From contig RQSC01000028.1 of the NCBI GenBank assembly GCA_013416795.1, positions 48,442 through 100,305 of the forward strand: a stretch of DNA of 51,864 bases, given 5' to 3'. The DNA comes from Prasinococcaceae sp. CCMP 1430. Its lineage: Eukaryota; Plantae; Prasinodermophyta. The position numbers and the translations under genes are program-made. The notes beneath the pieces are model-generated. The model made no database searches. It saw only the letters and a program-made list of their open reading frames with translations, and was not told the origin of the DNA. Positions 1 through 8,896 of the stretch are shown one piece after another (the first letter of the stretch is position 1; the number at the start of each line of letters is the position of its first letter).

Positions 1-83
1 GGCCCTCGCCACTCGCGCGCGCGCGCGCGCGCGCGCTCCCACGCACGCAGCCGCCGCGGCGCACCCGCCAACACACGCAACGC

Positions 84-345
84 ACACGCGCGCCCAAACC
101 TAAACCTCATCCAAACCAACCATCATTCAAAAAGACCTTCAAATGACGCGATAGCGAACCCTACCACCCACGCGCCCCAAAACCGCGCCAACACACACAT
201 ACCTTGGTACAGTACCATGATGGTACAGCCGCGCCAACACACACACGCGCCCAAACCTAAACCTCACCCAAACCAACCATCATTCAAAAAGACATTCAAA
301 TGCCGCGATAGCGAACCCTACGACCCACGCGCCCCAAACCGCGCC
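84..345. repeat. Imperfect direct duplication of a ~100-bp unit, period ~157 bp
   Basis: cgcgcccaaacctaaacctca.ccaaaccaaccatcattcaaaaagac.ttcaaatg.cgcgatagcgaaccctac.acccacgcgccccaaa occurs at ~89-189 and ~246-345, with a GTAC-rich spacer between the copies. Confidence 0.9.
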
Positions 346-1711
346 TCAGAACAACCATCCCCACGTGCCCGGAGGCGCACGGGCGAACGCCCAGGCGGAG
401 GCGACGGCGGCACCGGGTCATAGGGGGTGAGAGCCCCCGAACACGCCCCTCGATCGATGCGGATGGAGGCGCTCAGACCCGGTTCAAAAGTCGCTCGATC
501 CCGGGGTCCACTCCGGAAGTCGGATCGCGCTCCACCGGGGGTGGTTCGAAAATTCGAAATCGCGCAATGGCGGAGCTGCCAATGAGCGTGGAGCGAGTCT
601 CCCGTGTTTACTTATGACCTCTTTTATGTATGAACGTACGTCGAGGGGGCGGCGCGCGCGAACGCGTCCGCCGCCGGCCGGCAAAAATCCAAACCCTACG
701 AGACGGCGCGGATAAAACCCTAAAAGGGGCGAAACCTAAACCTCCCCCCAGATGCGTCGCCAACGAGTCGCCGAGGGGCGCGCGTGCGCATTTGGAATCC
801 ACTTTTGTAAGATTGTAATAGCGTATCGAAATCGGATGTGTATATCATTAAACATCGAAATCCGATATGGAATCCGTTTTGAAAGTGTGCATTCCATGAG
901 CTGGGCGAGGGCGTGTCGTGCCGTTGTGCTGGTCGTTCCCCCGGCGCGCGAGCGAGCGAGCGAGCGCGCGCGCGCGGGCGCGCGAGCGCGAGCGGCGTCG
1001 NNNNNNNNNNNNNNNNNNNNNNNNNNNNNNNNNNNNNNNNNNNNNNNNNNNNNNNNNNNNNNNNNNNNNNNNNNNNNNNNNNNNNNNNNNNNNNNNNNNN
1101 NNNNNNNNNNNNNNNNNNNNNNNNNNNNNNNNNNNNNNNNNNNNNNNNNNNNNNNNNNNNNNNNNNNNNNNNNNNNNNNNNNNNNNNNNNNNNNNNNNNN
1201 NNNNNNNNNNNNNNNNNNNNNNNNNNNNNNNNNNNNNNNNNNNNNNNNNNNNNNNNNNNNNNNNNNNNNNNNNNNNNNNNNNNNNNNNNNNNNNNNNNNN
1301 NNNNNNNNNNNNNNNNNNNNNNNNNNNNNNNNNNNNNNNNNNNNNNNNNNNNNNNNNNNNNNNNNNNNNNNNNNNNNNNNNNNNNNNNNNNNNNNNNNNN
1401 NNNNNNNNNNNNNNNNNNNNNNNNNNNNNNNNNNNNNNNNNNNNNNNNNNNNNNNNNNNNNNNNNNNNNNNNNNNNNNNNNNNNNNNNNNNNNNNNNNNN
1501 NNNNNNNNNNNNNNNNNNNNNNNNNNNNNNNNNNNNNNNNNNNNNNNNNNNNNNNNNNNNNNNNNNNNNNNNNNNNNNNNNNNNNNNNNNNNNNNNNNNN
1601 NNNNNNNNNNNNNNNNNNNNNNNNNNNNNNNNNNNNNNNNNNNNNNNNNNNNNNNNNNNNNNNNNNNNNNNNNNNNNNNNNNNNNNNNNNNNNNNNNNNN
1701 NNNNNNNNNNN

Positions 1712-2653
1712 GCAAAGCGCGCCGCCGCCGACGCACGCCGCGCGCGCGCGCAGCTGGCCGAGGCGCTCGCCGAGCTCGAGGCGTCGGCGACGCAGCAGGC
1801 GCGCACCACGAGCAAGCTGCAGGAGACCGCCGACGGCATGGCCGCGCAGCGCGTGCGGGCGGAGCGCGCCGAGGACGAGGCGCGGCGACTGGCGCGGGAG
1901 CTGGGCGCCGGCCACGAGGCGCTGCGCGCCGAGGTCCGGCGGTTCAAACGCGGCGCGCTCAAGGCGCTCAAGGAGGCGGAGCGATCCGAGCGCCGGGCGG
2001 CCCAGCTCGAGGGCGAAGCGGAGGGGGCGGAGGCGCGCGCGAGAGAGGCCGAGGCGGGCGCCGCGCGCGCCGGGAAGGCGGTCTTGCGGGCAAACGGGGA
2101 GCGCGACGCGAAGGCGCTCGAGCTTGCGTCCGCGCGCGGAGAGGTGGCGTCGCTCGCGCGCCACCTGGAGGACCTCGCGCAGGCGGCGGACGTCGCCCGC
2201 GCGGAGCTCACCGCGCAGCAGGAGCGCAAGAATCGCGCCGTGCACGCCGCCAAGGCGGCGCGCGCCGAGCTGCGCGAGCGCGACGAGGCGCTCGACGAAG
2301 CGCGCGCGGCGCTCGAGGAGGAGCGCGCGCGCGCGCGAGCGGGCGCAACCTCTCGAAACGACGAGCACGAGAAGCTGGCTGTGCTGCGCGACATGGTGCG
2401 CTCGTTGCGCATCGAGTGCGACCGCCGCCGCCGCCGGGAGCGCAAGCTCGAGGACCAGCTGCGGCGAGCGGGAGTGCGGCCAAGCGCCGCGGGGAAGAGG
2501 GCGGGGCCCGGTGGGAAAGGGGGGTGGGCCCACGCGCATGACGACGGGAGCCAGCTGAGCTCGGGGGGCGACAGCCCGTACGGCGCGAGCCCCGGCGAGT
2601 CGGACGCCGTCTCGCTCCCGAGCATCCAGTCGCACAGGGCTCCACCGGTCTGA
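1712..2653 (+). CDS. Coiled-coil hypothetical protein, 5' end in the gap
   Basis: Frame of ORF 752..2653 after the gap is long, A/E/R/L-rich and heptad-like (AQLAEALAELEASATQQ...) with GC3-biased codons; stop TGA at 2651-2653. Confidence 0.7.
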   Translation, partial: AKRAAADARRARAQLAEALAELEASATQQARTTSKLQETADGMAAQRVRAERAEDEARRLARELGAGHEALRAEVRRFKRGALKALKEAERSERRAAQLEGEAEGAEARAREAEAGAARAGKAVLRANGERDAKALELASARGEVASLARHLEDLAQAADVARAELTAQQERKNRAVHAAKAARAELRERDEALDEARAALEEERARARAGATSRNDEHEKLAVLRDMVRSLRIECDRRRRRERKLEDQLRRAGVRPSAAGKRAGPGGKGGWAHAHDDGSQLSSGGDSPYGASPGESDAVSLPSIQSHRAPPV

Positions 2654-2782
2654 TCGGCGCGATCCGTCCCCGCGCAGGAGCGTGCACGTAGCGCGCGCGG
2701 ACGCGCGGACGAGCTGCGGCTGCGGCGTGTATTACTGCCTTTGCGAACGCGCATTTAGCGCTGGAGGGCGCGTGCGGCGCCC

Positions 2783-3434
2783 TCAAGATGCGTCGGCGCG
2801 CCCCGAGCTCGCGTTGACCGCGCGCAGGACTCGCACGGCCGTTTGCGTCGCCGCCTTTGCGCGTCCCCACCCCTTGGCCGCGCCGGCGGCGCCGATGACC
2901 GCCTTGGCGAGCACCGCGGCGCTTGCCGCGTCGAGCGGCTCGGCGTACCGCACCGCGTGGTGCCCGCCGCCGCGCGCGAGCGCCGCCATCGCGAAGAGCA
3001 CGCGCCCCGCGCCCCCCCGCGCGCCGTCCGGCTGGGCGCTCCCCGCCTCGCGAACATCGAGACCGGGCCCGGCCGTGGAGACCTCCAGCGTCGCCGGGTC
3101 TACGCGCGCCGCGCGTATCACGAGGTTGGTATGGCTCGGCACGATGTCCTCCCCCTCGAAGATGTCGACGAGCTCACCCGCGGTGGGGCGCGCGCCCACG
3201 CCCACCGCCATGGTTGGCGCCCCGCCGCCGTCCTCGTCGTCCGCGTCGCGCGCGCTTCTCAGCGCGCTCGCGAGCGCCAGCGGATCGCCGTCAGCGAAGC
3301 TGCGCGCGGCCACTGCGGCCTCGTCCCCCCCCATCCAGCCCCCCTCCATTCGCGCGCTCGTCACCCTGCGGGGGGACGGCCGCCCGGCCGCCGCGAACGA
3401 GGCGCCCGGCGACACGCGCGGGTCGCCGCCGCCG
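2783..3434 (-). CDS. Hypothetical protein, 5' end in the gap
   Basis: Globular-looking frame (GELVDIFEGEDIVPSHTNLVIRAARVDP...) with GC3 bias, convergent with the previous gene; no family recognised. Confidence 0.5.
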
Positions 3435-4671
3435 NNNNNNNNNNNNNNNNNNNNNNNNNNNNNNNNNNNNNNNNNNNNNNNNNNNNNNNNNNNNNNNNNN
3501 NNNNNNNNNNNNNNNNNNNNNNNNNNNNNNNNNNNNNNNNNNNNNNNNNNNNNNNNNNNNNNNNNNNNNNNNNNNNNNNNNNNNNNNNNNNNNNNNNNNN
3601 NNNNNNNNNNNNNNNNNNNNNNNNNNNNNNNNNNNNNNNNNNNNNNNNNNNNNNNNNNNNNNNNNNNNNNNNNNNNNNNNNNNNNNNNNNNNNNNNNNNN
3701 NNNNNNNNNNNNNNNNNNNNNNNNNNNNNNNNNNNNNNNNNNNNNNNNNNNNNNNNNNNNNNNNNNNNNNNNNNNNNNNNNNNNNNNNNNNNNNNNNNNN
3801 NNNNNNNNNNNNNNNNNNNNNNNNNNNNNNNNNNNNNNNNNNNNNNNNNNNNNNNNNNNNNNNNNNNNNNNNNNNNNNNNNNNNNNNNNNNNNNNNNNNN
3901 NNNNNNNNNNNNNNNNNNNNNNNNNNNNNNNNNNNNNNNNNNNNNNNNNNNNNNNNNNNNNNNNNNNNNNNNNNNNNNNNNNNNNNNNNNNNNNNNNNNN
4001 NNNNNNNNNNNNNNNNNNNNNNNNNNNNNNNNNNNNNNNNNNNNNNNNNNNNNNNNNNNNNNNNNNNNNNNNNNNNNNNNNNNNNNNNNNNNNNNNNNNN
4101 NNNNNNNNNNNNNNNNNNNNNNNNNNNNNNNNNNNNNNNNNNNNNNNNNNNNNNNNNNNNNNNNNNNNNNNNNNNNNNNNNNNNNNNNNNNNNNNNNNNN
4201 NNNNNNNNNNNNCACCCACCCACCAGCCCACGCGGGCACACCGCAGCGCGCAGTGCACGCGTACGCACGCGCACGGCTCGCGCCCGGCGCGTGCGCGTGC
4301 CCTTGCACACACACACACACACACGCAGTCACGCAGTCACGCAGTCACGCATTCACGCATTCACGCGCACGGTCACACAGTCACACAGCCACACGCACGC
4401 GCGCACGGTCACACGCACGCGCGCACACACGCACGCCTCCCCCCACGCGCGCGTCACGCCCGCGCCCGCGCCCGCGCTGCTAACCACCCGCTTCACGGCG
4501 CCCGCGCCCCCGATCGGTCCGCCCGGGGGAACTCGCGGCCGGGGAACGCGCGTTCCCCGAGCGAGCGAGCGCGAGACGCCCGCGCGCGCGCGCCGACGAA
4601 ACCTCAACCCAAAACCGCAACAGTTGTAGTTCTAAAAGCATCAAAAAGGTGAATCTTAATAAACCCTACGT

Positions 4672-4960
4672 AACTCATGACCCTAATTCGGTTCAGCCAA
4701 GAAATACTGTACGAGCAGGTGTACAGAGGTGATCAAAAGAATCGTACGCCTCGGCAGGGCGGGTTTACGCCCGCCTAAGAATCGCTCCAGCGCGCGCCGC
4801 TTGGCCAGGGCGCCCAGCTTTACCCCGGCTACTCATGGAGCATTTCCGCACCTCGTGAGCTGCAGCGAGGCGCCGTCGGCGGGGGGGACTGCACTGAACA
4901 CTGTACAACAGATGAGGCTGATAGACCCTATAGAACTCATGACCCTAATTCGGTTCAGCC
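4672..4960. repeat. Pair of identical 27-bp direct repeats bracketing 235 bp
   Basis: aactcatgaccctaattcggttcagcc at 4672-4698 and 4934-4960. Confidence 0.9.
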
Positions 4961-5169
4961 GAAAATGGAGCGACGAGCGATAGCGTGGACGTTTCTCCAT
5001 CATTTCGTGGGTCTGGGACGCAAGGACCTCAACCGCGCGCGCCCGACGCGCCTCCCCCCCCGCGGATGCGTTTCGGGCGTTCCCTGCGGGCGCGGCGCGG
5101 AGGGCCCGCTCGCGGCGCGGGCGGGGTCGCGGCGGGAAGGGGCGCGCGCGAATTCGCGCACGCGCGGGC

Positions 5170-5350
5170 ACACACACGCGCGCGCACACACACGCGCGCA
5201 CACACACACACGCGCGCGCACACACACGCGCGCACACACACACGCACGCACACGCGCACACACGCGTGCACGCGCGCGCACACACACGTGCACGCGCGCA
5301 CACGCATACGTGCAAACGTACGTGCACACGCGCACGCGCACGCGCACGCA
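5170..5350. repeat. Degenerate (CA)/(CG) microsatellite
   Basis: cacacacgcgcgcgcacaca... tract; similar tracts at ~4305-4435, ~6470-6660 (TG) and ~27665-27840. Confidence 0.85.
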
Positions 5351-5540
5351 CGCCCACGCGCTCTCTCGCGCGCCACACGCGCGGCGGTGCGCGGTGCGCC
5401 AGTGGGGGGGGGGGGGGGGGGAGAGAGGTGGTGTGGTGTGGTGTGGTGTGGTGTGCGCGAGGTCCCTTGGCGCCTCGTCCGGTGCGTCGTCGGGCGCGAT
5501 CGCCGCCTGGGGCGTCGCGGCGCGCGCGCGCGCGGCGGCC

Positions 5541-6272
5541 ATGCCGCAGCGCGCGATCGCGTCGTTCTTCGNGGCCGCGGCGGCGGCCTCGGGCGCGCCG
5601 CTGCGCGCCCTGCTCGTGGAGGAGGGGTGGGCGTCGGCGCTCGCGCCCGTGCTGTCGTCGCCGTCCTTCGCGCGGCTGGAGGCCTTCGTGGCGTCGGAGC
5701 GCGCGGGCGCGCGCGCGGTGTACCCGCCGCCCGAGCGCACGTTCGACGCCTTCCACGCGACGCCGCTGCGGTCGGTGCGCGTGGTCGTGCTGGGCCAGGA
5801 CCCGTACCACGGCGCGGGCCAGGCGATGGGGCTGAGCTTCTCCGTGCCGCGCGGCGAGAAGATCCCCTCGAGCCTGCGCAACATCTTCAAGGAGCTCGGC
5901 GACGACGTGGGCGCCGCCAGGCCCGCGCACGGCGACCTCACGCGCTGGGCGGCGCAGGGCGTGCTGCTGCTCAACGCGGTGCTCACCGTGCGCGAGGCGG
6001 AGGCCAACTCGCACCAGGGGAAGGGCTGGGAGGAGCTCACCGACGCGGCGGTGCGCGCGGTCAGCAGGGAGCGGCGCGGCGTCGTCTTCCTGCTGTGGGG
6101 CGCCAAGGCGCAGGCCAAGGCCAAGCTCGTCGACGCCTCGCGCGGCCACACGGTGCTCAAGTGCCCGCACCCCAGCGGCCTCTCGGCGCACCGCGGCTTC
6201 TACGGCTGCAAGCACTTCAGCAAGGCCAACGCCGCGCTCGGAGACGGCGCCGCCATCGACTGGCAGCTCTGA
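5541..6272 (+). CDS. UNG: Uracil-DNA glycosylase, family 1
   Basis: VVVLGQDPYHG, GLSFS, QGVLLLN, LWG and HPSGLS motifs; N-terminal PIP-box-like QRAIASFF; one ambiguous base at 5572. Confidence 0.96.
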   Translation: MPQRAIASFFXAAAAASGAPLRALLVEEGWASALAPVLSSPSFARLEAFVASERAGARAVYPPPERTFDAFHATPLRSVRVVVLGQDPYHGAGQAMGLSFSVPRGEKIPSSLRNIFKELGDDVGAARPAHGDLTRWAAQGVLLLNAVLTVREAEANSHQGKGWEELTDAAVRAVSRERRGVVFLLWGAKAQAKAKLVDASRGHTVLKCPHPSGLSAHRGFYGCKHFSKANAALGDGAAIDWQL

Positions 6273-7092
6273 GGGACCGCACGGGACGCGCGCGCGCTCG
6301 CGCTCGGCCGCGCGCTCGGCCGCAGCTTATAACGACGCGCTCGACTCGCCACCCGCCGCCCTTGCCGCCGCCGGCGCGGGCGGCGGCCTCCCCTGGCGGG
6401 CGGAGCTGGAGGTGACGATGCCCGCGCGCTCGCGCGCACCCTCGCCGCGCAGCCTCGGCGCGCGCGTGGGCGTGGGCGTGTGTGTGTCTCAGACGTGTGT
6501 GCGACTGCGTGTGTGTGACTGTGCGTGTATGTGTGTGAACGCGTGTGCGTGTGTGACTGTGTGTGTGTGCGAGACTGCGTGCGTGCGTGCGTGTGCGTGG
6601 GTCCGTGCGTCCGTCCGTCCGTCCGTGCGTGCATGCGCGCATGCGTGCGTGAACGCGCGTTCCTTCCCCCTTACCCCCCCCCACACCCACACACCCACAC
6701 CCACCCACCCACACACCTCCCCCCCTCCCCAGCGCGCGCTCCCCCGCCCCCTTTTTCCTCCCCCGACTTTCCTCGGATTTTCCAGCCGGAAAAGGCCAAT
6801 CAAAATCAAAATCGAAACTCCGAATTGCTTCCCCGGCGGCCCGCCGCGCGCGCGCGCTTTCGCGGAAGGCATTTCGCGACGCGGTTCCGCGAGAACCTCA
6901 TTCAGAGCGGGCACGGCGCGCGCGCGGGCGGTGCGGATAATTCGGGGGAACGGTACGAGCGGCTGCGCACGCGCCGCGTGGCCGGCTGCTGCTGCTGCGG
7001 CAGGCGCTGCAGGGTGCCTGCCGCTGGGAGGGGGGCGGCGGCGCCACAGCGCGCTCCCGTCGGGTCGGCGGCCGCGGCCGCGGCCGGCGGCG

Positions 7093-8657
7093 ACGAGGAG
7101 GTGGACGTGGTCGTGATCGGCTCGGGCATCGGCGGGCTGTCGTGCGCGGCCGCGCTCGCGCGCTACGGCCTCACGACGGCCGTGTGCGAGTCGCACTCAG
7201 TGGCAGGCGGGTCCGCGCACGCCTTCGAGCGGAAGGGGTACACCTTCGACAGCGGGCCGAGCTTCTTCTCGGGGCTCGCCGAGTGGCCCAGCCCCAACCC
7301 GCTGGCGCAGGTGCTCCGCCTGGCGGACGCCAAGGTGGACGTGACCTCGTACAAGTCGTGGGTGTTCTACCTGCCCGAAGGCCCCTTCCGCGTCACCGCC
7401 GACGGCAAGGCGTACGCCGCCGAGCTGCGGCGCGTGGGCGGCGAGCGCGCGGGAAAGCAGTGGGCGCGCCTGGAGGCGCTCCTCGCGCCGCTGGTCGGCG
7501 CCGCGCAGGCGCTGCCCCCCGCGGCGCTCCGCTTCGACCTCGGGGCGCTGCGCACCACCGCCAAGTATCTGCCCGGCGTGCTCTCCGCGGGACCGCTCGC
7601 CGCGCTCCTGCAGCGGCCGTTCGCCGACGTGATGGCGCTCGCGGGCGTGGACGACCCCTTCCTGCGAAACATGCTCGACCTGGAGTGCTTCGTGCTCAGC
7701 GGCGTGCCCTCGCGCGGCACCATCACCGCCGAGATGGCCTTCATCTTCTCCGAGCGCAACCTGCCCACCGCCACCGTGGACTACCCGATGGGCGGTGCGG
7801 GCGCTGTGGTCGACGCGCTGGTGGAGTCCGTCGAGCGCGCGGACGGCTGCTCGGTGCACACCAACGCCCACGTCGAGGAGGTCCTCATGGACGGAGGCCG
7901 CGCGGCGGGCGTGCGGCTGCGCGGCGGCCGCACGCTGCGCGCGCGTCGCGCGGTGGTCTCCAATGCGCCTGCCTGGGAAACCTCGAAGCTCATCGCCGGC
8001 TCGGGCGCCGAGCTGGCGCGCGCGGGCGCCAAGACGGCGCGAGAGAAGGCTGACCTTCCCAAGTGCGCCTCCTTCATGCACCTCCACGCAGGCATCGACG
8101 CGGCGGGCCTCCCCGACGATCTGGAGTGCCACCACGTCATTGTCAACCGCTGGGACGGTCCCGGCGGCGTGGAGGAGCCACAGAACGTCGTGATCATCTC
8201 CATCCCGTCGGTGTTCGACCCATCGCTGGCGCCCGAGGGGAAGCACGTCGTGCACGTGTACACCGCGGGGAACGAGCCCTACGAGCTCTGGGAGGGCCTC
8301 GAACGTGGAAGCCCGGAGTACGAGGCGCTCAAGGAGGAACGCTCGCAGTGCCTGTGGGAGGCCCTCGAACGCATCATCCCTGACGTGCGCGAGCGCGCCG
8401 AGCTGGCGCTGATCGGCACGCCACTCACGCACGAGCGCTTCCTGCGGCGCAGCGGAGGCAGCTACGGCCCAGCAGTCGAGGCGGGCAAGGCGGCCTTCCC
8501 CGGTCCCGGCACTGACGTCGAGGGGCTTTACTGCTGCGGCGACTCGACGCTGCCGGGGATCGGCGTGCCAGCGGTGGCCGCCAGCGGGCTGATGGCGGCC
8601 AACACCATCGCTGATGTCGACAGCCACGTGGCCTTGCTCGAAGAGCTCGGGCTGTGA
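7093..8657 (+). CDS. Carotenoid isomerase / phytoene dehydrogenase (CRTISO/CrtI-family) FAD oxidoreductase; start codon not found
   Basis: VVVIGSGIGGL Rossmann motif, GYTFDSGPS, YPMGG, IGTPLTHERFL and GLYCCGDSTLPGIGVPAVAASG; no nearby upstream ATG, so the start given is the beginning of the conserved domain. Confidence 0.88.
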
Positions 8658-8896
8658 TGCGGCCTGCCCCGCTGTGCGCGCGCGCGCGCGCGCCCCCACC
8701 CGCGCCCGCGTGAGTTAATAAACCTATCTCTCTCTCGTTATACTGGGCGATTCGAGCACCTCATCAGCACCGCGCCTACCACGAGCGCGGATGGATGCGC
8801 ATGGTACGGGGGCGAAAGAGGAGGGCGGGGCGAGGCGGCGCAGCACACTCGAGCGAGCGGTGCAGCCCCTCGTGCGTCCAGCGAGGCGGAGCGAGC

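Noticed and set aside
346-495. U3 snoRNA or RNase P resemblance on the minus strand (TTGAACCGGGTCTGAG)
   Set aside because: U3 boxes C', B and C and the RNase P CR-V partner were not found; kept only as a generic structured candidate
481-556. tRNA B-box-like GGTTCAAA and GGTTCGAA
   Set aside because: No cloverleaf could be formed
720-4652. Long ORFs spanning N-gaps (also at 24.5, 27, 31.2 and 43.8 kb)
   Set aside because: Their length comes from N translated as X; only flanking segments with coding character were kept
4672-4960. CRISPR-like repeat-spacer
   Set aside because: Only two repeats, a 235-bp interval, eukaryotic context and no cas genes
4965-5540. His/Thr/Arg-rich N-terminal extension of UNG, and similar HT or CV repeat ORFs
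   Set aside because: Translations of (CA)n/(TG)n microsatellites
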